This document shows, piece by piece, positions 33,321 to 41,511 of a DNA stretch of 64,000 nt. Under the pieces are notes generated by a model that worked only from the letters and a program-made list of their open reading frames with translations, ran no database searches and was not told the DNA's origin. The position numbers and the translations under genes are program-made. The stretch covers positions 17,518-81,517 of the forward strand of contig CAVRKH010000012.1 in assembly GCA_963721655.1 (NCBI GenBank), given 5' to 3'. Every line of letters begins with the position of its first letter. Position 1 is the first letter of the stretch. The stretch is from an uncultured Chloroflexia bacterium (GTDB lineage Bacteria; Chloroflexota; Limnocylindria; Limnocylindrales; CSP1-4).

Positions 33321-33903
33321 AGAGCGCCATCTCGATCGATGTCGCGGCGCCGCCCGAGGTGGTGTTCGCCCTGGCACGGGACGTGGAGCGCTGGCCGCGG
33401 CTGCTCGCCCACTACGAGGACGTCCGGATCCTCGAACGGCGGCCCGATGGCAGCGTGGTCGCCCGGATGATCGCTCGACGGCCGGTGTTCGGGCTGCTCG
33501 GCATCGGCCTGCCGGTGGCGTGGCGGTCGCGGACATGGAGCGAGCCCGAGACCTGCCGGATCCGGTTCGTCCACCAGGGCGGCGCGACGAACGGGATGGA
33601 CGTCACGTGGCGGATCGAGTCGACCGGAGGGGGGCTGCCGGGTCACGATCGAGCACGACTTCCGGCCGCGGTTCGCGCCGTGGGCACCGTTCATCGACAC
33701 GGTTCTTCACCCGACCGATCGCCGGACGGACGCTCGCCACGTTCAAGGCGATCGCGGAGGCGTTGGCGAGCGCAGGAGCCGCGCCCGCGACGGAGGCGTT
33801 CGCGAGCCGCAGCTCGCGTCCGACGAAGGGCGCGGGCTCCGAGAGCCCGCCGGTGCCGAGCGCGGACTCCGAGAGCCCGCCGGCGTCGAAGAGATCAGCA
33901 TGA
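33317..33903 (+). CDS. SRPBCC / polyketide cyclase-like protein (frameshifts ~33635, ~33690)
   Basis: SIDVAAPPEVVFALARDVERWP, G...MDVTWRIE, TIEHD, I..RTLATFKAIAE. Confidence 0.8.
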
Positions 33904-35165
33904 GCACGCGGCGCAGGGTGTTCGTCACCGGGATCGGCGTGATCACGCCGATCGGCACGGGCGTCGACGCCTTCCGGGCCGGGCTGCGCGCCGCCCGCTC
34001 CCCGGTCCGGCGGATCGACCGCTTCGATCCGTCCGAATTCCGCTCGCAGGTCGCGGCCCAGGTCGACGACTTCGACCCGCTGGCGTGGCTCGAACCGAAG
34101 GTCGCCCGGCAGCTCGACCGGTTCAGCCAGTTCGGCCTCGTCGCCGGGCGGCTCGCCCTCGAGGACGCACGCCTCGTCCCCGGCGCCCCGAACAACCCGA
34201 GCCCCGAACGGATCGGGATCTACCTCGGCAGCGCGCTCGGCGGGATCGCCTACGCGGAGTCGCAGCACGAGCGGTACATGGACAAGGGCATCCGCCAGGT
34301 CGCGCCGAACCTTGCCCTGGCCGTGTTCGGCGGCGCGGCCCCGGCCAATCTCGGGATCGCGCTCGACGTGCGCGGCCCGATCCTGTCGACGGCCAACTCG
34401 TGCGCCTCGGGGAGCGTGGCCCTCGGCGAGGCACTCGGGGACCTGCGCGACGGGCGGGTCGACGCGGCGATTGCCGGGGGCTGCGAGGTGCCGCTGAGCG
34501 CCCTCGCGTTCGGTGCCTTCGACATCATCCGGGCGCTCTCGTCGACCCACAACGACGATCCGGGGAGTGCCGCCCGGCCCTTCGACCGTGACCGCGATGG
34601 CTTCGTCATGGGCGAGGGCGTCGCGTGGCTCGTGCTCGAGACCGAGGACATCGTCCGTGCGCGCGGCGCCGAGCCCTACGCGGAATTGCTCGGCTACGGG
34701 GCGACCTCCGACGCATACCACATGGTCCAGCCGCGTCCCGACGGGCGCGAGGCCGGCCGAGCCGCGCGGATCGCGCTGGAGGACGCCGGCGTGGACGGCG
34801 CCGAGATCGACTACGTGAACGCCCACGCCTCGTCGACGCCGATCGGTGACATCGCCGAGGCCCGGGCGATCGCGCTGGCCCTCGGGGAACGGGCGACGAG
34901 CGTCCCGGTGAGTGGCACGAAGGCGTACTACGGCCACCCACTCGGGGCGTCGGGCGCGATCGAAGGTGCCATCGCCGCGCTCGCGATCCGCGACGGCTGG
35001 GCGCCCCCGACGGTGAACCTCGACGACCCGGACCCCGACGTCGCGGCGATCCTGCCGATGCTGCTCCGCGAGGGCTGCCCCGGGACCTACCGCCGGGTGC
35101 TGTCGACCTCGTTCGGGTTCGGCGGCCTGAATGCCGCGGTCGTGCTCGGGGCGCCGGACGGCTGA
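33900..35165 (+). CDS. Beta-ketoacyl synthase II (FabF/KS-alpha-like)
   Basis: VTGIGVITPIG, ANSCASG (Cys), YVNAHASST (His), KAYYGHPLGASG (His), STSFGFGG. Confidence 0.93.
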   Translation: MSTRRRVFVTGIGVITPIGTGVDAFRAGLRAARSPVRRIDRFDPSEFRSQVAAQVDDFDPLAWLEPKVARQLDRFSQFGLVAGRLALEDARLVPGAPNNPSPERIGIYLGSALGGIAYAESQHERYMDKGIRQVAPNLALAVFGGAAPANLGIALDVRGPILSTANSCASGSVALGEALGDLRDGRVDAAIAGGCEVPLSALAFGAFDIIRALSSTHNDDPGSAARPFDRDRDGFVMGEGVAWLVLETEDIVRARGAEPYAELLGYGATSDAYHMVQPRPDGREAGRAARIALEDAGVDGAEIDYVNAHASSTPIGDIAEARAIALALGERATSVPVSGTKAYYGHPLGASGAIEGAIAALAIRDGWAPPTVNLDDPDPDVAAILPMLLREGCPGTYRRVLSTSFGFGGLNAAVVLGAPDG

Positions 35166-36544
35166 GTCCCGGCGCGGCTCAGCGCGGCCGGGCCCCCGGA
35201 CCGACCATCGCCTCGACGACGCCGCCCTCGACCGGAGTCGGCGCGACAGCGGCAGGCCGCGCCGCGGCGGGCCGCGCCTCGACACGCCTGCGCAATCGGC
35301 TCAGGAACCGTCACGAACCCGACCTGGCCGCGCATCCAGAGCAAGGCGGCGAGGCCGACCACGGCTGCGCCGATCCCCCCGATCGCGACCGCCACGGCGA
35401 CGCCCGCTGCCGAGGCGAGCCAACCGAACAGCAGGCCACCGATCGGCGTCGTGCCCGCGAAGACGGTCGTGTAGACGCTCATCGCGCGACCGCGAAGGGC
35501 GTCCGGGACGTTGAGCTGGATCATCGTGTTGGCGGTGGCGGCCATCGTGATGGCCCCGAACCCGACGATCACCATCAGCAGGAGCGACACCGAGAAGAGG
35601 TTCGAGGCTGCGAGCAGGACCTCGGCCAGCCCGAGGGCGATCGCGCCACCGACCAGCCGGCCCACGCGGGGCATGCCACCCGACACCGCCAGCCAGGCCG
35701 CCGCGATCAGCGAGCCGACGCCCGAGGCGGTCATCAGGAAGCCATAGCCGGAGGCATCGGTGCCGAGGACGTCGCGCGCGAGCGCCGGGATCACGACCGT
35801 GAAGTTCATGCCAAAGATGCTCACCAGGCCGATGACGACGATCCCGAGGAGCACCGGCGGGGTGTGCCGCACGTAACCGATCCCTTCGCGGAGCTGCGCG
35901 ATCACCTCGGGGGCGTTCCGCGGTCGTGGCGGCAACTCCGGCGTTCGAAGGGCGCTGGCGTCCATGGCAGCGAGCGCGACGAGCACCGCCGCGAAGCTGG
36001 CCGCGTTGATGGCGAACGCCACGCCGGAGCCGAACGCTCCGATCGTCAGGCCGGCCACGGCCGGGCCGACGACGCGCGCCGCGTTGAACATCGCCGAGTT
36101 GAGGGCGACCGCGTTGCCGATGTCGCCGCGCCCGACGATCTCGACCACGAAGCTCTGGCGGACGGGCATGTCGATCGCGTTGGCGGTGCCGAGGAGCAGC
36201 GCCAGGACGATGATCATCCAGACCTCGACGACACCGGTCAGCGTGAGCACGGCGAGGATCGCGGCGAGCACCATCATCACGGCCTGCACGACGAAGATCG
36301 TCTGGCGCTTCGGCAGGACGTCGGCGAGCACGCCGCCGAACAGGCCGAAGACCATGACCGGGAGGAACTGCGCGGCAGCGACCACGCCCAGCCAGAACGC
36401 ATCGTTGGTGAGCTCGAGGACGAGCCAGGCCTGGGCGACCTGCTGCATCCACGTCCCGATCAGCGAGATGAGCTGGCCGCCGAAGAACAGCTGGTAGTTG
36501 CGGTGGCGGAAGGCGCGCAGCCCTCGGACGGAGTGCACGGTCAT
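35087..36544 (-). CDS. MFS transporter, MFS_3/DUF894 type (C-terminal tail probably frameshifted; likely stop ~35179)
   Basis: FGGQLISLIGTWMQ, FGGVLADVLPK, AVALNSAMFNAARVVGP, ALRGRAMS. Confidence 0.9.
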   Translation of the reverse strand: MTVHSVRGLRAFRHRNYQLFFGGQLISLIGTWMQQVAQAWLVLELTNDAFWLGVVAAAQFLPVMVFGLFGGVLADVLPKRQTIFVVQAVMMVLAAILAVLTLTGVVEVWMIIVLALLLGTANAIDMPVRQSFVVEIVGRGDIGNAVALNSAMFNAARVVGPAVAGLTIGAFGSGVAFAINAASFAAVLVALAAMDASALRTPELPPRPRNAPEVIAQLREGIGYVRHTPPVLLGIVVIGLVSIFGMNFTVVIPALARDVLGTDASGYGFLMTASGVGSLIAAAWLAVSGGMPRVGRLVGGAIALGLAEVLLAASNLFSVSLLLMVIVGFGAITMAATANTMIQLNVPDALRGRAMSVYTTVFAGTTPIGGLLFGWLASAAGVAVAVAIGGIGAAVVGLAALLWMRGQVGFVTVPEPIAQACRGAARRGAACRCRADSGRGRRRRGDGRSGGPAALSRAGTQPSGAPSTTAAFRPPNPNEVDSTRR

Positions 36545-37032
36545 CGGCCGCGCCCGGTCCTGGTCGCCCTCGGCGACCGCTCGATGCCGGCCAGGTGGTC
36601 CGCCAGGTGGCGCCGGCGCGCTTCGGCTTCGTCGATCATCTCCGCGATGCGGACCGCCTTGTCTCGGAGCGTGTCGATCTGACCATCGACGCGCGCCAAC
36701 GCGTCAATCAGGATCGCGCGGCGCTCGGTGGGGTCCTCGGTCGCTTGAAACCGTTCGCGGTTGCGCTCGCGGGCGGCCTCGTCCTCGAGCAGCTGGCCGA
36801 TCTGGGCCAGCGAGAATCCCGCGTCGTCGCGGAGGCCGCGGATGAACCTGAGCCGCGCGATGTCCGACTCGTCGTACAGGCGGTAGGCGCCCTCGGAACG
36901 GGCGGCGGGTTCGAGGAGCCCGATCTCCTCGTAGTAGCGGATGGAACGGGGCGTCAGGCCGACCTCTGCGGCGACCTCCTGGATGCGCAGGAGTCCGGGA
37001 TCGTCCGACGCCCGGGGCTGGGTCGTCGTCAC
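36541..37032 (-). CDS. MerR family regulator
   Basis: LRIQEVAAEVGLTPRSIRYYEEIGLL.P.ARSEGAYRLY, GFSLAQI. Confidence 0.93.
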   Translation of the reverse strand: MTTTQPRASDDPGLLRIQEVAAEVGLTPRSIRYYEEIGLLEPAARSEGAYRLYDESDIARLRFIRGLRDDAGFSLAQIGQLLEDEAARERNRERFQATEDPTERRAILIDALARVDGQIDTLRDKAVRIAEMIDEAEARRRHLADHLAGIERSPRATRTGRGR

Positions 37033-37038
37033 CTGCCT

Positions 37039-37068
37039 ATTCTACGTCAAGGTTGACGTTTACGTAAA
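37039..37068 (-). promoter_or_regulatory. Promoter of a probably leaderless merR-MFS mRNA with MerR-type operator
   Basis: Minus-strand TTTACG-18 bp-TAGAAT; perfect dyad ACGTCAA-GG-TTGACGT at 37044-37059; GTG start 7 nt after the -10. Confidence 0.7.
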
Positions 37069-37184
37069 GGTTGAGCGGCGACCATTTCTTGACGAACCTG
37101 CAAGGCCGGTTCCGAACCGAGGGCCGGCCGCCGAACGTAGTACCGAGTGGATGGTCACACCGTCGGGGAGAAAGGAAGTTCGTC

Positions 37185-37484
37185 ATGATCCGACGAGCAC
37201 TCACCGCCCTGGGCACAGCCACCCTTTTCCTCGTCCTGGCCGCTGCACCGGTGGCGGCCGGCCATGGCAATCCGGCCGGCACAGGCCAGCCGGGAGCCGA
37301 ATGCGGTGACGAAGGAGCCGAACTCGAGCCGGCCGGATTCCTGACCGACGGGTTCGCGAACGCCGAAGCCCGCTACGCCGGCAGCGAGGGCACGCCGTCG
37401 CTGCTCCACGCGAACAGCGAGCACGCGGTGTCGCAGTACGACATCGCCTGCGTTCACTTCACAGCGGCGCAGGGCGGCGCCTAG
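37185..37484 (+). CDS. Small secreted protein of unknown function
   Basis: RBS AAGGAAG, signal peptide ending PVAA, two Cys (GAEC, VSQYDIAC). Confidence 0.7.
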   Translation: MIRRALTALGTATLFLVLAAAPVAAGHGNPAGTGQPGAECGDEGAELEPAGFLTDGFANAEARYAGSEGTPSLLHANSEHAVSQYDIACVHFTAAQGGA

Positions 37485-37901
37485 GACGTTTCGGCGGCCC
37501 GCTTCATGCCCTCGGCTTCGAGGTTCATGTAGCGGTTGGTCAGCCCTTTGTAGAACCAGGGCGACTGGGATGAGGAAGCCGCGCATGTCGAGCGTCAGCG
37601 TGAGACGCGCGCGGCCCTCGCCCAGCGCCTCGACCCGGTGTCCCGCGACGCTGGTGATGCCGGTGGTCTTCTGCGTCCACTCGAAGTAGGACGGCGCATC
37701 CCAGACCGTGATGTCCCAGGTGCCTTCGGGCAGCTTGGGTTGCTTGAGGCGCACCTGGCTGCCTTTGGTGATCGGCGCAGGGGTCAGCAGCTCGACGACG
37801 TCGACGGTCTCGATGCGCTGCGGCCAGGCATCGAGGTCGCTGAGCACGTCCCAGACGCGCTGCTGAGGAGCATCGATGTCGATCGACTTCTCAAAGCGCA
37901 T
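37481..37901 (-). CDS. SRPBCC family protein (frameshift ~37560)
   Basis: SIDIDAPQQRVWDVLSDLDAWP...YMNLEAEGMKRAAE. Confidence 0.85.
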
Positions 37902-37979
37902 GTCGGGCGGTCTGCTCAGAGGGAATCAGGGCGTTGGACATGGGCGCAGCTTAGCGGGCGATCGATTGCCCGCGTCGCG

Positions 37980-38836
37980 TCAGGACGGCTCGAAGCGGTA
38001 CATGCGGACGTCGCGGATCGGGCGGTAGCCGATGGCCTGGTAGATCCGGTTCGAGGTCGGGTTGGCGAGGTCCGTGAACAGGAAGCACCAGCGCCGCCCG
38101 CGGTCCAGCTCCGCCTGGCTCACGGCCGCCACGAGGGCGCTGGCATAGCCGCGGCGGCGGAGCTCCGGCGGGGTGTAGACGGCCCCGATCCGGATCCCGT
38201 GAGGCGTCGCCCCAGTCGACTGACACATCGAGACCGGATTCCCATCGACGTCCCAGATGTACCCGGTCCGGGTCGACTGGGAGAACATGTCGTCCACGAA
38301 CGCGCGCGTGTCCCGCCAATCCGCCTCGGAACCCATCGCCTCGGCATCGAACGCGCGAATCCAGTCCACCATCAGGTCGCGGTCCGGCACCTGCGCGCGG
38401 CGCAGCGATCCCGGAACCCCGTCTGGCGCCGTCACGGACTCGAGCGCGTAGCTCCGCTGACGCATGCCCGGCAGGTAGGTCCGCCCTGTTCGCGTACACC
38501 ATGCCCGGGCGAATGCCTCGGCGTGCTCCGCCGGGCCATCGACGCCGCTCAGGTCGTCCCCCGCGAGCGAGTCCGCGATCGCGTGCGATCGCCTGCTCGT
38601 CGTCCACCTCGGACAGGATCACGTTCCACGGCGGCGTCCAGATCGCGGTGGCCACCACTCGTCCGTCCGTCAGCGCGCGCGACGAGCGCGCCGCTCTCCG
38701 GGAAGCCGCCGCGTGCCAGCGCATCCCCAAGGATGCCGAGCGTCAACTGATGCTCCGGCTCGCGCGCCTCGAGAAAGGACCCACAGATATCGAGGAACGC
38801 CTCGACCGAGTCGAAGCGACGCGTCTCGACCGGCAC
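37980..38836 (-). CDS. GNAT acetyltransferase (multiple frameshifts 38465-38650)
   Basis: FLEAREPEHQL.LG; RIGAVYTPPELRRRGYASALV; LFTDLANPTSNRIYQAIGY. Confidence 0.85.
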
Positions 38837-38840
38837 CGCG

Positions 38841-39821
38841 TCAGTCGAGCGTGAAGTCGTCCGGGTCCTGGTAGCGCCCGCTCCGCTGGAACTCGATCTG
38901 CATGAGCACGTCGTTGAGCAGGCTCGATGCGCCGAAGCGGAACCAGTCCGGGCTCATCCAGCGCGGACCGAGCGTCTCGTACAGCACCACCAGGTACTGG
39001 ATCGCTTCCTTGGCCACCCGGATCCCGCCGGCCGGTTTCATGCCGACCTGCCGGCCGGTCGCCCGCTCGAAGTCGCGGATCGCCTCGAGCATGACGAGCG
39101 TCACCGGCAGCGTCGCCGCGGGCTGCACCTTGCCGGTCGAGGTCTTGATGAAGTCCGCACCGGCGGCCATGGCCAGGACACTGGCCCGCCGCACGTTGTC
39201 GTACGTCTCGAGCTCGCCGGTCTCGAGGATCACCTTCAGGTGGGCGTCACCGCAGGACTCCTTGACGTCCACGATCTCGTCGAAGACGGTCCGGTAGTCA
39301 CCGGTCAGGAACGCGCTGCGGTCGATGACCATGTCGACCTCGTCGGCACCCGCTTCCACGGCCTGGCGGGTCTCGGCGAGCTTGATGTCGAGGAACGTCT
39401 GGCCGGACGGGAAGCCCGTGGCGACGCTCGCGACCTTGACCGATGAGCCCTTGAGCGCTTCCTTGGCCTCGGCGACGAGCGCCGGATAGACGCACAGCGC
39501 CGCCACCGACGGGATCGTCGGATCGCCGGGCTTCGGCCGCATGGCCTTGGCGGACAGCGCGCGGATCTTGCCCGGCGTGTCCTTTCCCTCGAGGGTGGTC
39601 AGGTCCATCATCCGGATCGCGAGCTCGAGCGCCCACAGCTTCGACGCCTTCTTGATCGAGCGCCGCTTGAGCGCGTCGACCCGCTGGTCGACACCGACCT
39701 GGTCGACGGGGGTGACCCGGCCGAGCAGGCTGCCGAGCGGCCCCGGGCGCGAATCCCACGAGCGGATCAGCTCGTTGGCGCGCTCGCGGGCGACGCTGTC
39801 CGTGCGGTGGCTGGTGACCAT
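38841..39821 (-). CDS. deoC: Deoxyribose-phosphate aldolase
   Basis: DLTTLEG, VATGFPSG, GADEVDMVI, LKVILETGEL, FIKTSTGK, KPAGG, RFGASSLL. Confidence 0.96.
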   Translation of the reverse strand: MVTSHRTDSVARERANELIRSWDSRPGPLGSLLGRVTPVDQVGVDQRVDALKRRSIKKASKLWALELAIRMMDLTTLEGKDTPGKIRALSAKAMRPKPGDPTIPSVAALCVYPALVAEAKEALKGSSVKVASVATGFPSGQTFLDIKLAETRQAVEAGADEVDMVIDRSAFLTGDYRTVFDEIVDVKESCGDAHLKVILETGELETYDNVRRASVLAMAAGADFIKTSTGKVQPAATLPVTLVMLEAIRDFERATGRQVGMKPAGGIRVAKEAIQYLVVLYETLGPRWMSPDWFRFGASSLLNDVLMQIEFQRSGRYQDPDDFTLD

Positions 39822-39914
39822 GGGACGGAGAGGATACACCCGGTTCCGTGCAGATCCGGGCGGCCGCGACCGGGTTCGACCCCGGTCAGCGGCCGACCAA
39901 TTTCGGGTTGAGGA

Positions 39915-40121
39915 TCAGAACCGGCGGCGACCGGGCGTGACGACGGCACCGACAACTGCGGCCTTGGCGACCGGCGAGGGACCGGGCGAGACTGCGGCGC
40001 CGACGACGGCGGCCTTGGCGACCGGCGAGGGACCGGGCGAGACGGCGGCGCCGACGACAGCTGCCTTGGCGACGGGGGCGCCGATGACTCCCCTTCCGGC
40101 ACGACGTGGTCCGAGTGGCAT
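39915..40121 (-). CDS. 68-aa peptide built from three 17-aa repeats
   Basis: RBS AGGAG; MPLGPRRAGRGVIGA-(PVAKAAVVGAAVSPGPS)x~3-RRRF; third-position variation between copies. Confidence 0.65.
   Translation of the reverse strand: MPLGPRRAGRGVIGAPVAKAAVVGAAVSPGPSPVAKAAVVGAAVSPGPSPVAKAAVVGAVVTPGRRRF
39936..40075. repeat. Three tandem 51-bp coding repeats
   Basis: GCCTTGGCGAC at 39961, 40012 and 40063. Confidence 0.9.
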
Positions 40122-40122
40122 G

Positions 40123-40590
40123 TCAGACTCCTGCTGGTTCGAGCGCCGCCTCGGCCTCGTCGGCTTCGATCGCGGCGATGAGGGCCTGGATGGGGATGCG
40201 TCCATTCGCGATCAGCTGGCCGCCGGCGCGTCGAATCGCCGACGCAAACGGCGCGGCCCACAGGTTCTCGTAGACGAGGACGCCCGCGATGCTGCCCGGT
40301 TCCATCGCCGCGGCGAGGTTGTCCACGTCCTCTTCGGCCAGGGTCTCCGCCAGCTCCGCCTCGAGGCGGCCCAGCTCACCGAGGTCCTCGAGGTCGCCCA
40401 GCTCCTGGGCCATCACCGTGCCGTCCTCGCCCTTCGCGAGGATCAGGATGTCCATCACCCGGATGATCCCGGCGTCGTGGAGCCTCAGGAGCTCGTCGGC
40501 TCCTTCACCGGTGAAGTTCTGCGCTCCCGCCGGAAACTCGACGATCACGTAGTCGACGGGCCCCAGCTCGTCGAGCGTTCTGTCTGTCAT
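40123..40590 (-). CDS. DUF6325 family protein
   Basis: GPVDYVIVEFP, GIIRVMDIL, VYENLWAAPFA.AIRRAGG.LIA.GRIP. Confidence 0.8.
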   Translation of the reverse strand: MTDRTLDELGPVDYVIVEFPAGAQNFTGEGADELLRLHDAGIIRVMDILILAKGEDGTVMAQELGDLEDLGELGRLEAELAETLAEEDVDNLAAAMEPGSIAGVLVYENLWAAPFASAIRRAGGQLIANGRIPIQALIAAIEADEAEAALEPAGV

Positions 40591-40750
40591 GGTGCCTCCA
40601 ATCGCCGGGCTCGGTGCGAGCCGGCGAAGCAACGGTCGCACGGTCGAGGCCTCACGGCATCATTCGGGATGGGTGATACGCGCGATTGGCCGAGTCGTCG
40701 GCGTGCGCAACCGCGGGCCCGGGAACGTGACCGGCTACCATCGACCGACG

Positions 40751-41497
40751 ATGACCGACCAGCTCTCGCTCCGGCTCGAGCCCGAGCAACCGGTCCTGCC
40801 GGGCTTGCCCGACCTCCGGCCGATGCTGCCGCGGCCCCTCGCCGAGCCATTCGATTCGGACGAGCACCTGTTCCAGCCGTGGTGGGGCGGGCGCCGCGCG
40901 CTGATCTACGTGGGCCCGGCCGACCTGGCCGGGGGCGGGGTCGTCCGCGTCGTTGACGAGGATGGCGCCGACCTCACCCGATATCTGCGCGAGCTGGCCG
41001 GGCTGGCCGTCCGGGTCGATGCCCGCTCGGCGGTACTGGACGGGGAGCTCGTGGTCGTCGATGCGTCGGGGCGCGCGGATCCGGCCGCGATGGCGGCACG
41101 GCTCGAGGGACGCGCGGGACGGGCCGTCGCCTTCCTGGCGCTCGATCTGCTCCACATCGACGGCCGGTCGTTGCTCGGCCAGCCGCTGACCAAGCGGTAC
41201 GAGGCGCTGCGGCGCGTCCTGCGACCCGGCGACGAGGTCGTCGCGGTACCGGCCATCGCAACCGAAGGCCGCGCGCTGTGGGATGCGGTCGCCGCCCAGG
41301 GTCTGGCCGGGGTGCTCGCCCGTCAGCGCGCGAGTCCGTACCTGGCCGGCGTCCGGAGCCGGCTGTGGCGGTTCATCGAAGCACGACCCGGCGCCGTGGC
41401 CGAGACCGCGGAACCGGTCGAAGACGAACCGTCGCGGCCCGCCGCCGCACCGGTGCTCGCGCTCATCGAGCGCCTGCCGCTGGACCTCGAGGACTAG
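40751..41497 (+). CDS. ATP-dependent DNA ligase adenylation-domain homologue, catalytic residues degenerate
   Basis: PMLPRPL..PFDS, VLDGELVV, ALDLLHIDG..L...PL.KR, SPY..G.RS..W; motif I reads QPWWGGRR instead of E.KxDG.R. Confidence 0.85.
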   Translation: MTDQLSLRLEPEQPVLPGLPDLRPMLPRPLAEPFDSDEHLFQPWWGGRRALIYVGPADLAGGGVVRVVDEDGADLTRYLRELAGLAVRVDARSAVLDGELVVVDASGRADPAAMAARLEGRAGRAVAFLALDLLHIDGRSLLGQPLTKRYEALRRVLRPGDEVVAVPAIATEGRALWDAVAAQGLAGVLARQRASPYLAGVRSRLWRFIEARPGAVAETAEPVEDEPSRPAAAPVLALIERLPLDLED

Positions 41498-41511
41498 ACC
41501 CTCCGGCGCGG

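Noticed and set aside
33837-33882. Direct repeat CTCCGAGAGCCCGCCGG x2 in the SRPBCC tail
   Set aside because: Short duplication in a low-complexity C-terminal tail; no target-site or element context.
39862-39894. GC hairpin between the repeat peptide and deoC
   Set aside because: No U-tract; could be a terminator or stabiliser but is unremarkable.
39936-40075. 51-bp tandem repeats as a CRISPR array
   Set aside because: No unique spacers, in-frame coding periodicity, and no cas genes.
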